A stretch of 64,000 nt of DNA, taken from the NCBI RefSeq assembly GCF_040220315.1, contig NZ_JAVJUY010000051.1:1580-65579 (forward strand), written 5' to 3'. This stretch comes from Fulvivirga sp. GTDB taxonomy: Bacteria > Bacteroidota > Bacteroidia > Cytophagales > Cyclobacteriaceae. Positions 39,771 to 48,221 of the stretch are shown one piece after another (position 1 is the stretch's first letter; each line of letters starts with the position of its first letter). Below the pieces are notes generated by a model. That model did not search any database. It was not told the DNA's origin and saw only the letters and a program-made list of their open reading frames with translations. The position numbers and the translations under genes were made by a program.

Positions 39771-40343
39771 TTATTTAAGAGGTTTAAAAAAGATGAGTAA
39801 TTGAATTATAATTCCTATTAAAATTAATGTCCAAATTTCTAATGTAGAAATGAGATTACTACTTTCTACAAGCCTATTCGATTTATCAAGCTCTCTTTTT
39901 GCTTCCAGCATTTGTATTTCGGCTAATTTATCCAACTCACTTAATACTTCTGCAATTTGTAAGGCTCTCCCAGAGTTATCACCTAAGCTCTCTATTTCAT
40001 AAAGTTTAGTAAGCTTTTTCTTGAGTAAATTCATTGATTTTTCTTCACGGGAAGTTAAACGTGTATTTGAATACTTATTAACAACCGTATTGATAGAGTC
40101 ATTTATGTTAAAATTGATCTTCGATATTTCTCCAGTGATTAAATCATTCTTCTTGATATCTAAAAGCCTGGAGATTTTAAAGATATAATCTTTAGCCACC
40201 AGCCGGTCTTCATATACCGAAGAGAACGACTTTTGAATCATTTTAAAATGATTCTTATCCATTTTATTAGTCGCAAAAACCAACAGAAATACAATTACTA
40301 AAGCACCCAACGCTTTTATTTTAGACCAAAATTTTGATGACAT
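39771..40343 (-). CDS. Membrane protein with chemoreceptor-type four-helix-bundle sensor and no signalling domain
   Basis: TM1, then SFSSVYEDRLVAKDYI (4HB_MCP-like), helical periplasmic region, TM2, then immediate stop. Confidence 0.72.
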   Translation of the reverse strand: MSSKFWSKIKALGALVIVFLLVFATNKMDKNHFKMIQKSFSSVYEDRLVAKDYIFKISRLLDIKKNDLITGEISKINFNINDSINTVVNKYSNTRLTSREEKSMNLLKKKLTKLYEIESLGDNSGRALQIAEVLSELDKLAEIQMLEAKRELDKSNRLVESSNLISTLEIWTLILIGIIIQLLIFFKPLK

Positions 40344-40362
40344 ATGAGTGGATTTGATTTAA

Positions 40363-40370
40363 CAAAATTA
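40363..40370 (-). promoter_or_regulatory. -7 promoter element for the four-helix-bundle gene
   Basis: Reverse complement TAATTTTG, about 20 bp before ATG 40343. Confidence 0.62.
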
Positions 40371-40400
40371 ACGTACTATATAGCTAATTGTTCTATAACT

Positions 40401-40435
40401 AAAAACAACAAACCCTCAAATAATGAGGGTTTGTT
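40401..40435 (-). terminator. Intrinsic terminator after the cupredoxin gene
   Basis: Perfect 12-bp stem AACAAACCCTCA / TGAGGGTTTGTT, T run on minus strand. Confidence 0.85.
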
Positions 40436-40457
40436 AGTAGAAAGATAGTAAGTTAAT

Positions 40458-40829
40458 TTAATTCACCACAATCTTATATTGAGGAGTTGGGTTTAAAGGG
40501 CAGAAATAAACATATTCTCCTTTTTCCAAGGTTACCGTTTTTGATTCGGCCTTCTCACCATCATTAATGGTTTTCTTTAAATACGCTTCAGGAATATGAT
40601 TTTTCTGATCTGTCATTCCTTTTGGGGCGATTACAAAACCCAGCTCATGATTAACACCTTCATTTGATACTTCGAAAATGTATTGTTTACCTGCTTCAAG
40701 GGTTAACTCTGTTTGTGTGAACTTGCCGGGCGTTTGAGATAGTTTCACCCTTTCAGGAGTTTGAGCTAGAACTATTGAACTGAAGCTTAGCGCTACTACC
40801 ACAAGTATTGATTTTATTAAGTTTTCCAT
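40458..40829 (-). CDS. Exported cupredoxin-fold protein
   Basis: Signal peptide; beta-sandwich pattern with NHELGF and GEYVYFCP. Confidence 0.75.
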   Translation of the reverse strand: MENLIKSILVVVALSFSSIVLAQTPERVKLSQTPGKFTQTELTLEAGKQYIFEVSNEGVNHELGFVIAPKGMTDQKNHIPEAYLKKTINDGEKAESKTVTLEKGEYVYFCPLNPTPQYKIVVN

Positions 40830-40856
40830 TTTATAATAGTTTAAGGGTTAATTCAA

Positions 40857-41408
40857 TTATGCGTTAATAGTCTCTAATTCAGGTGCAGCTGGGAAGTCTA
40901 CAGGAATTTGAGTAGCACCATGTATAAAGTTGCTGATGATTTTATCACCTATTACCATGATAATATCCACCAAGTTGGCTTTTGTATAGCCAGCGTTGAA
41001 TAAATTATCAACGGCATCAGAGCTTGGTTTACTTCTGTTTTCAGTAATATTTTTTACAAAAGCTGCGAGAGCATTTAATTTCTCATTGAATGAAACATTA
41101 CCAATTCTAATCTCCAAAATTTGCTCATCGGTAAAACCGTTCATTTTACCAATGGCTGTATGAGCTGCTAAACAATATTCACACTCATTCACTTGAGAAA
41201 CTACCAGGTTAATAACTTCTCTTTCTTTAGCTGTTAATGTACTTTTTCTGTTTTGAAGTGCAAGGTAGTCGGCTAGGGCCGTGTCGTTGTGAGCATACGT
41301 AGCGTAAAGGTTAGGTACAAAACCTAGTCCTTTTTCGAGCTGATCAAATATTGCCTGATTGTTGGCACTTACTTCATTTTTTGTTGGAACATTTATTTGC
41401 GTTGCCAT
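40857..41408 (-). CDS. Carboxymuconolactone decarboxylase / AhpD-like peroxidase family protein
   Basis: GFVPNLY, REVINLVVSQVNECEYCLAAH (CxxC-x3-H). Confidence 0.88.
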   Translation of the reverse strand: MATQINVPTKNEVSANNQAIFDQLEKGLGFVPNLYATYAHNDTALADYLALQNRKSTLTAKEREVINLVVSQVNECEYCLAAHTAIGKMNGFTDEQILEIRIGNVSFNEKLNALAAFVKNITENRSKPSSDAVDNLFNAGYTKANLVDIIMVIGDKIISNFIHGATQIPVDFPAAPELETINA

Positions 41409-41487
41409 AATCGTTTGTTTAATGTTTAAATTGTTTGTATTGATAACACCACAATTTTACGGCAACAACTAAGGCTGGTGAGAGGCT

Positions 41488-41520
41488 ACTTTTCCCAATA
41501 GAGTGTCAATACTTCCTATT
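41488..41520 (-). promoter_or_regulatory. Putative AraC half-site direct repeat upstream of the AhpD-like gene
   Basis: Minus strand AATAGGAAGTA...ATTGGGAAAAGTA with GGAA cores 21 bp apart; TAAAATTG -7-like element at 41452-41459. Confidence 0.45.
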
Positions 41521-41534
41521 ATTTGTCATTTGTT

Positions 41535-42392
41535 TTAAATGATGGGTTTGGATACCCTCATTTCCTGTTTAAATTCCAGAGGAGTTTGCTTTAATATTCG
41601 CTTGAAAAGTCTGTGAAAGCCACCGGCATCTTCAAAGCCAAGTTCATAGGCAATTTCCTTCACGGACTTATCGGTGTAAAGTAAAAGGCGTTTTCCTTCT
41701 AAAATAATCCGTTCTTGGATAATCTGAAGAGGAGTGCTATTGCTGTACTTAGAAAATAAATTGGATAATGTCTTAGGTGATTTAAAGAGTAGTTCTGCAT
41801 AGTCTGAAACCTGGTGTTTTAGTTTATAATTCTGCTCAACAAGTACATTAAATTTGCGAATTAGGTCTACTTGGTTGTCATCCATTGCTGTTTGTATAAC
41901 CTGCTTCTTTGCCAGCCTGGTTATCTTTATGATCATTCTTTTTAAGAGCATTCGTAACATCTCTTCCTGTATGGTATCGCATGTGCTAAATTCATCAATA
42001 AACACACTAAAGAGCATTTCAAATTTATCAGCTTCCTCTGCTTCCAGATTAATAATATGTTGATTGGAGCTTCCGAAAAATAAAATTCCATTACAGGAAA
42101 CCTCTTGATCATGGTCGATGATGCAATAGAACTCCCGATTAAAATTAAATGACGTTAGTTCAGGTGTGTCTTCAGGGAATTCAAGAATATGCAGATACGT
42201 ATACGTGGTAATTTGATTTGGCAACAGCGTAGTTTCAGCTCCATCCACAAAAAAGGTAACTGGTCGCTCACATCTATTCCATAGTATACTTATCAGGTTA
42301 TTATGCCTCCGTAATTCATGAAGCTCCTTTGCGTGATTGGTTAGTAACGCCAAAAGTGATTTTAATCCAGTGCCTTCAAATACTTTTACCAT
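41535..42392 (-). CDS. AraC-family transcriptional regulator
   Basis: C-terminal double HTH (VSDYAELL, KSVKEIAYELGFED...FHRLFKR...TPLEFK). Confidence 0.93.
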   Translation of the reverse strand: MVKVFEGTGLKSLLALLTNHAKELHELRRHNNLISILWNRCERPVTFFVDGAETTLLPNQITTYTYLHILEFPEDTPELTSFNFNREFYCIIDHDQEVSCNGILFFGSSNQHIINLEAEEADKFEMLFSVFIDEFSTCDTIQEEMLRMLLKRMIIKITRLAKKQVIQTAMDDNQVDLIRKFNVLVEQNYKLKHQVSDYAELLFKSPKTLSNLFSKYSNSTPLQIIQERIILEGKRLLLYTDKSVKEIAYELGFEDAGGFHRLFKRILKQTPLEFKQEMRVSKPII

Positions 42393-42604
42393 CGGGTTTA
42401 AAATTAATTTAAAGCTCAGGATTAATTTTAAATTGGAAAGTCATGATACAGACGAATTCATCAATTGAATTTGTTATTTTGAAAGATAAATGGGTTTGAT
42501 AGACTATGTGCATGTTTAATTAATATTGAACAACGAATATTATTAAGCATTTTGAAATAAAGAAGCTTGGAAAAAACTATTACTCAAACAAATAGGTAGA
42601 CACA

Positions 42605-42943
42605 TTGGCACGACAATTTAAATTCAAAGCATGGAACAAGGATACAAAACTTCTGATGCGATTAAATCAAATTGATTGCGTGAAGGGTGTTTTAGTAAAG
42701 GAAGACCACGTGTTATTACAATTTACCGGGCTGCATGATAAAAGCGGGAGCGAAATATATGAAGGTGATATACTGCTTTTTGGTACAGATAAGGCCATTG
42801 TAAAGTGGAATGAAGAGTCATTTTCGTGGACTTTAGTTAATGAAATTGGGGGTAGTCATCGACCTTTTACTTCTATTGAAATGGAAAAAGGAGTTAAGCT
42901 CTGTAACGTTTTTGAGTCACCAGAATCTTTTTCTTCAGAATAG
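42605..42943 (+). CDS. YopX-family protein
   Basis: FKFKAWNK N-terminus and QFTGLHDKSGSEIYEGDIL signature; TTG start. Confidence 0.85.
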   Translation: MARQFKFKAWNKDTKLLMRLNQIDCVKGVLVKEDHVLLQFTGLHDKSGSEIYEGDILLFGTDKAIVKWNEESFSWTLVNEIGGSHRPFTSIEMEKGVKLCNVFESPESFSSE

Positions 42944-42947
42944 TGGT

Positions 42948-42955
42948 TACCTTTG
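42948..42955 (+). promoter_or_regulatory. -7 promoter element for the CxxC mini-protein
   Basis: TACCTTTG. Confidence 0.6.
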
Positions 42956-43006
42956 TGGCGCCAAACGTTTTTATTAGCACACATTAATTCATATTTTACC
43001 AACTAA

Positions 43007-43249
43007 ATGAAAGTATCACTCAGTATTGATCAATTGAACATTACCCCAAGAGAGGCTCAGGTGGTGGACATGCTTTGTGAATCGTTGAGGCAAGATGTTG
43101 AGCTTCTTAAATGCCCTAATTGTGGCAAAGAAGGTAAAATTATCCTCCATGTAAATAACACGAAAATTTCGGCTATTAGAACAGAAATTAAGGTTTGTTG
43201 CCCGGAATACTACGCCAAAACGGAAGAGACGTTGGCGTTGAGCGTCTAA
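43007..43249 (+). CDS. Small hypothetical protein with CxxC...CC motif
   Basis: 80-aa ORF (CPNC, VCCP) with its own perfect TACCTTTG element at 42948-42955. Confidence 0.62.
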   Translation: MKVSLSIDQLNITPREAQVVDMLCESLRQDVELLKCPNCGKEGKIILHVNNTKISAIRTEIKVCCPEYYAKTEETLALSV

Positions 43250-43482
43250 GATTTCATTTTTTTGTCAATATAAGCTACCGCCTGATTGATTGTCTGTAAT
43301 TGTTCAGCATCTTCATCAGGAATCCTGATATTAAAAGTCTGCTCAAACTCCATCACCAATTCTGCATAGTCAAGTGAGTCTATTCCTAAATCTTTGATGA
43401 AGTTGGCATCAGGAGTTACCTCTGTTTCTGCTATACCTAACTTATCCACTAATATTTTGGTGATTGTATTATTTATATCCAT
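43246..43482 (-). CDS. acpP: Acyl carrier protein (orphan paralog)
   Basis: DLGIDSLDYAELVMEFE (phosphopantetheine Ser), IPDEDAE; 78 aa and acidic. Confidence 0.92.
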   Translation of the reverse strand: MDINNTITKILVDKLGIAETEVTPDANFIKDLGIDSLDYAELVMEFEQTFNIRIPDEDAEQLQTINQAVAYIDKKMKS

Positions 43483-43525
43483 TGGTTGAATCTATAAAAA
43501 GCAATCCGTAAATCTATGAAAATTA

Positions 43526-44887
43526 TTAAAATCGCAAAAAGAACTGTGTACCCTCATCTATTTGTGATTTAACACTTAAACTACCCTGGTGTTTCCTCAT
43601 AATCTGCCTTGAGAGGCTTAAACCAATACCTGAACCATCTTTTTTGGTTGTAAAAAAGGGTATAAATATTTTTTCCAGTGCCTCTTCTTCAATTCCGTTA
43701 CCATTATCTGCTATGATGATCACCGGCCTGTTTTTTTCATCTAGCTCTGCAGTAACTTGTATTAATTTATTCGATTGCTCATCAAACGCCTGCGTAGCAT
43801 TTTTTAGTAAGTTGATAAGCACTTGTTCAATCATGTGCCTGTCTGCCTTAATTTTTATATCAGGGGTTATATTTTTATGAACTTCAATCTGATTGTTTTC
43901 AATTTCTTTTTTAAGAAGTAACAAAATATCAGTTATCAATTCTTCAATGTCAATTTCCTTTAAACTGGGAGTAGCCACTTGTGTGAGGTTCCTAAAATCC
44001 CTTACAAATTTAATTAGTCCTTCACTTCTTTTTTTAATGGTTTGTAAAGCCAAATGTAGGTCTTCAACATCTTCATTACTCATCTGATTAATCTCCTGGC
44101 CATTAGCCAGTTGAGATTGCAATTCCTGGTCTACCGTGTTGGCCAATGAGCTGATTGGGGTTACGGAGTTCATTATTTCGTGCGTTAAAACACGAACTAG
44201 ATTCTGCCAAGCCTCCATTTCTTTTTCCTCCAATTCACTTTGTATATTTTGAAGTGAGATAAGTTTATAAACTTCACCTCTAAGGGTTAATTCTATGGCA
44301 TAAATGGCCAATTGGAAGATCTCTCCGTTCAGTTCAATCTTCACAAGATCTCGTCCGCCAGTTCTCAAGCGAATAATGGTATCTACCAATACCGGATTAA
44401 TAGATTTGAGGTCATGGATATTTTTGAGGTTCTCTGTGCGCAATAATTTTTTGGCAGCGGAATTACAGATTTGCACTGCACCACTCTTTTTAAAAGTGAT
44501 GATGCCGATACCAATATGTTGAACAATATTTTTTAAGTACTGAAAATCGGCTTCTTTTTCTTTTTTGTTTGATGAATTATTGGTTATAAACTTGTTGAGT
44601 GCGGCATGAAGCGCATTCAAATTGCTGTTCTCGGTATTGATCGGGTATTTTTTCTTTATTTCTTCATCTGATAAGGTTTTAAGAAATAAGTGGATGTCCT
44701 CATTATCGTTACTTTTCGAACTGAGGAATTTGATCATAGAAACGACCTGAAGGCCGGCTAAAGCAATTAATATAATTTGAGTAATTATGAAGCCATCATT
44801 AAAAAGAGTGTAGCAAAAAATAAATAGTGTGAGTGTTAGCAACCCCACTCTTACTAGTGCATTCTTTTTTAAATCACTAAAGTCCAT
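43526..44887 (-). CDS. Sensor histidine kinase (NtrY/NtrB-like, PAS)
   Basis: Two TMs, PAS-like region, RVLTHEIMNS H-box, QVLINLLKNA, DNGNG, GSGIGLSL. Confidence 0.92.
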   Translation of the reverse strand: MDFSDLKKNALVRVGLLTLTLFIFCYTLFNDGFIITQIILIALAGLQVVSMIKFLSSKSNDNEDIHLFLKTLSDEEIKKKYPINTENSNLNALHAALNKFITNNSSNKKEKEADFQYLKNIVQHIGIGIITFKKSGAVQICNSAAKKLLRTENLKNIHDLKSINPVLVDTIIRLRTGGRDLVKIELNGEIFQLAIYAIELTLRGEVYKLISLQNIQSELEEKEMEAWQNLVRVLTHEIMNSVTPISSLANTVDQELQSQLANGQEINQMSNEDVEDLHLALQTIKKRSEGLIKFVRDFRNLTQVATPSLKEIDIEELITDILLLLKKEIENNQIEVHKNITPDIKIKADRHMIEQVLINLLKNATQAFDEQSNKLIQVTAELDEKNRPVIIIADNGNGIEEEALEKIFIPFFTTKKDGSGIGLSLSRQIMRKHQGSLSVKSQIDEGTQFFLRF

Positions 44888-46253
44888 GCTTTTCCAGCCT
44901 TCTGTAAAGTGATGCTCTGGTTAAGCCAAGCTCATCTGCAGCTTTAGATATGTTGCCCGAATGAATACTGATGGCCTTCTTAATCGCATTTTTTTCTACA
45001 GTATCCAGGTTGAGATCACCAGATAAAATATCATCGCTCGCACTATTAGAATTGCTTAAAAAAGAGAAGTTTGCGGCTTCAATAACTTCTGAATCATTCA
45101 TAATTATTGCCCTTTCAATAGCATGTTCCAGCTCTCTGATATTTCCCGGCCAGTCATAGCGTTTAAGGTAATCCAGCGCCTCACCAGAAATCTTATTTAC
45201 GCTCTTCCTATATTTTTTAGCGTACTTGTCTAAAAAATGGTTCGCCAGAAGAGGAATATCTTCAGGTCTATCTCTTAGAGCAGGTATTTTTATTTCAACT
45301 GTATTGAGCCTGTAAAGTAAATCTTGTCTGAATGTTCCTGAACTAACCATTTCATTTAAATCCATATTGGTGGCGCTCACCAGAGGCATATCAATTTCTT
45401 TGCTTTCATTGCTGCCTAATGGTGTAATTTCTTTGTTCTGGAGGCTCGACAGTATTTTTGATTGTAGTGATGTGTTGAGATTGCCAATTTCATCTAAAAA
45501 CAGTGTGCCTTCATGAGCCAATTCAAATTTGCCAGTTTTATCTTCTTTGGCATCAGTAAAGGCACCTTTCTTATGCCCGAAGAGCTCACTCTCAAATAAA
45601 CTATTGGAAATTGCCCCCATATCTACACTAATAAATGAGTTGGCTTTTCGTTTAGAACGCTGATGAATGGCCCTTGCCACTAACTCTTTACCAGTTCCAT
45701 TTTCACCGAGTATCAGAACGTTGGCATCTGTCTCAGCTACTTTGTCTATAAGAGAAAAAACTTCACGTATGGCCCTGCTCTTTCCTATAATACTTTTAAA
45801 AGGCTGATTGATTTCTGCTTCTAGCAATTCTTTGGCCTTTTTTAACTTATCAACCTCTTTGTATGATTCTTTCAACTTAATGGCCGTAGAAATGGTGGCT
45901 ATAAGTTTTTCGTTTTGCCAAGGTTTGAGCACAAAGTCGGTAGCACCTTCTTTTAGTGCCTTAACGGCCATTTCAACATCACCATAGGCTGTAATTAATA
46001 TCACAACAGCAGATGGATCTTTTTGTAATATTTGATTCAACCAATAAAAACCCTCTTTACCGCTGGTAATGTCTTTGCTAAAATTCATGTCAAGCAAAAT
46101 CACATCATACGTATCATTATTTAGTAAGAAAGGAATCTTCTTTGGATTTTTTTCGATGATCACGTGATGTGAATGTTTTTTAAGTAGAAGCTTAGCGGCT
46201 AATAGCACATCTTCATCATCATCGATCATTAATATTTTACCGGATTTTTCCAC
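44877..46253 (-). CDS. Sigma54-dependent response regulator (REC-AAA+-Fis HTH)
   Basis: DDDED, LLDMN, GENGTGKE, GAFTDA, LFLDEIG, RQDLLYRL, WPGNIREL, AADELGLTRASLYRRL. Confidence 0.95.
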   Translation of the reverse strand: MEKSGKILMIDDDEDVLLAAKLLLKKHSHHVIIEKNPKKIPFLLNNDTYDVILLDMNFSKDITSGKEGFYWLNQILQKDPSAVVILITAYGDVEMAVKALKEGATDFVLKPWQNEKLIATISTAIKLKESYKEVDKLKKAKELLEAEINQPFKSIIGKSRAIREVFSLIDKVAETDANVLILGENGTGKELVARAIHQRSKRKANSFISVDMGAISNSLFESELFGHKKGAFTDAKEDKTGKFELAHEGTLFLDEIGNLNTSLQSKILSSLQNKEITPLGSNESKEIDMPLVSATNMDLNEMVSSGTFRQDLLYRLNTVEIKIPALRDRPEDIPLLANHFLDKYAKKYRKSVNKISGEALDYLKRYDWPGNIRELEHAIERAIIMNDSEVIEAANFSFLSNSNSASDDILSGDLNLDTVEKNAIKKAISIHSGNISKAADELGLTRASLYRRLEKHGL

Positions 46254-46282
46254 GTGGTTATTTTTTGGCTCAGAGTACTATA

Positions 46283-46297
46283 CTAAATATGGTGCCA
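46283..46297 (-). promoter_or_regulatory. Putative sigma54 -24/-12 promoter of the response regulator operon
   Basis: Minus strand TGGCAC-CATAT-TTAG; -24 box is perfect, -12 box is non-canonical (TTAG instead of TTGC). Confidence 0.5.
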
Positions 46298-46338
46298 AAT
46301 GCCTGAAAGCGTTTAAACACTGATAATAATTAAACGGA

Positions 46339-46374
46339 TGTTCAGTAATGTACTAAATTGTTCGATAATGAACA
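46339..46374. promoter_or_regulatory. Tandem palindromic enhancer-like boxes TGTTC-N6-GAACA
   Basis: TGTTC-AGTAAT-GTACT (46339-46354) and perfect TGTTC-GATAAT-GAACA (46359-46374), 20 bp apart. Confidence 0.6.
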
Positions 46375-46436
46375 CTTAATTACGCTTTTTTTTCTGCTTT
46401 AGGTTTGGTACATTCCCTCCAACCAAATCATTAACT

Positions 46437-47102
46437 ATGAGAACACTATTAACACTTTGTCTATGCTTGCTTTTTGAATTTTCTTATGCTCAGTGCAATC
46501 CCTTCTATAATTTTAAAGAGGGATCTACCTGGGAGATTACTAATTATACTGATAAGGAGAAGGTTACTTCGCGTCAGGTAAATACTGTCAAATCACTTAC
46601 GGAAACATCAAGCGGTTGGGAAGCAACATTGGCGTTTAAGAGCTACGATAAAAAAGATAAGCTGGAGTTGGAAAATGAAATTGAAATGACGTGCGATGAT
46701 GGAACTATTTCTATGGATATGTCGAGGTTTTTTCCTCAGGAAATGATGGAGTCTTTTGAGGATATGGACTTACAGATTGACACAGAAAACATGGTGATAC
46801 CAGAAAACCTGAACGTGGGGGATGAATTACCTGATGCGTCTATCACTATCTCAGGGCAAATTCCATTTACAATGGAGACAAAAATTACTGACAGGAAGGT
46901 GGAGGGTAAGGAAAGTATTACTACGCCTGCAGGCACGTTTGAATGTTATAAAGTGTCTTATAAAATCATCTCTAAAACTATGATGTCCATTGAAATGAAA
47001 GGAACTGATTGGATTGCCAAAGATGTAGGTATGGTAAAGGCTGAGAGTTATAAACAGAACGGAAAGCTTCAGGGAGTTAGCCTTTTAACTTCTTTTGAAT
47101 AA
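46437..47102 (+). CDS. Exported beta-rich protein (DUF3108-like)
   Basis: Signal peptide, then C-terminal ESITTPAGTFECYK...W-x-A-x-x-VGMVK motif. Confidence 0.7.
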   Translation: MRTLLTLCLCLLFEFSYAQCNPFYNFKEGSTWEITNYTDKEKVTSRQVNTVKSLTETSSGWEATLAFKSYDKKDKLELENEIEMTCDDGTISMDMSRFFPQEMMESFEDMDLQIDTENMVIPENLNVGDELPDASITISGQIPFTMETKITDRKVEGKESITTPAGTFECYKVSYKIISKTMMSIEMKGTDWIAKDVGMVKAESYKQNGKLQGVSLLTSFE

Positions 47103-47205
47103 AAAGCTTACATGCTCAAATCATTTTAGCTAATTCTTTGTTATATTAGCAGTGTTGTTATTGGGATAAAAATATTTATCCTATTATTTTGAGTTTTTGA
47201 CCTTG

Positions 47206-47237
47206 GAAGTGCTCTTGACCGGAGCACTTCTTTTTTT
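47206..47237 (+). terminator. Intrinsic terminator
   Basis: GAAGTGCTC / GAGCACTTC 9-bp stem followed by T7. Confidence 0.85.
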
Positions 47238-47245
47238 GCCCAATT

Positions 47246-48160
47246 TTAAAAAATAGAGGAGGCTGTTTTACTGGTAAATAGCTCAAGTGCTTTCATGCCT
47301 GCATAAGAATTCCCTTTTTTATTGAGTCCGGGGCTCCAAACCACAATGCTATATTCATTGGGCAGAATAGCGGCAATACCGCCACCTACGCCACTTTTTC
47401 CTGGCAAGCCTACGCGAAATGCAAACTCACCGGCCTCATCATAGAATCCGCAGGTAAGCATTATTGCTGCTATTCTTTTAAACTGGCTTTTTGTTAAATA
47501 TCGGTGCGAGTCAATAACACCCTTTCCATGATTCGCAAATACTCGGAATGCTTTAGCTAGTTCATGGCATGTCATTTCAATAGAGCAGAAATCGAAATAT
47601 AAATCGAGGACATCTTCAATGTCATTATGAATGTTGCCATAAGATTTAATGAGGTTAACCATGGCTGCATTTTTAAAGCCATGAAGTTTCTCACTTGCTG
47701 CCACCTTCTCGTTGTATTTGATGTCATCTTGGCCGGTTAGGTTGTTCACATACTCTAAAAACTCACCTCTTGGGTCATCAAGGTTAGAAATGAGCATGTC
47801 TGTTACCACCAATGCGCCTGAATTTATAAAAGGATTACGAGGAATACCTTCTTCGTACTCTAATTGAACCAATGAATTGAATGGGTCGCCAGAAGGCTCA
47901 ACATCAACTCTTCGGTACACTTTTTCTTTGCACTTGCCAACGGCCATGGCAAGCATAAAAACTTTTGAGATACTTTGGATAGAGAATTTTTCGTCATAAT
48001 CGCCAACAGCATAAGTCTCCTGGTCGAGCGTTAGCAAGTACATGCCAAATTTATCTTGAGGTACTTTGGCGAGTTCAGGAATATAATTCGCCACTATCCC
48101 GTTTTTTAGAATCGGTTTTACTTCATCAGCAATTTCCTCCAGTATTCGTTGATAATCCAT
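47246..48160 (-). CDS. glsA: Glutaminase
   Basis: YIPELA, FSIQSISK (SxxK), GIPRNPFINSGA, GLPGKSGVGGG. Confidence 0.95.
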   Translation of the reverse strand: MDYQRILEEIADEVKPILKNGIVANYIPELAKVPQDKFGMYLLTLDQETYAVGDYDEKFSIQSISKVFMLAMAVGKCKEKVYRRVDVEPSGDPFNSLVQLEYEEGIPRNPFINSGALVVTDMLISNLDDPRGEFLEYVNNLTGQDDIKYNEKVAASEKLHGFKNAAMVNLIKSYGNIHNDIEDVLDLYFDFCSIEMTCHELAKAFRVFANHGKGVIDSHRYLTKSQFKRIAAIMLTCGFYDEAGEFAFRVGLPGKSGVGGGIAAILPNEYSIVVWSPGLNKKGNSYAGMKALELFTSKTASSIF

Positions 48161-48173
48161 TAGATGAAAGTAA

Positions 48174-48203
48174 CAAAAAAGCCCTTGCTTTTGGCAAGGG
48201 CTT
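48174..48203 (-). terminator. Intrinsic terminator after the VPS10-like gene
   Basis: AAGCCCTTGC / GCAAGGGCTT 10-bp stem, T run on minus strand. Confidence 0.82.
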
Positions 48204-48221
48204 CGAAGTAATTCATTCTAA

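Noticed and set aside
40857-41408. AhpD-like gene as the peroxidase-like partner of arsenosugar clusters
   Set aside because: It is the long 183-aa form, on the opposite strand, under its own AraC and separated by a terminator; no evidence links it to the GT operon.
42393-43500. Prophage or integrated element around YopX
   Set aside because: No integrase, att-like direct repeats, tRNA or other phage genes are visible.
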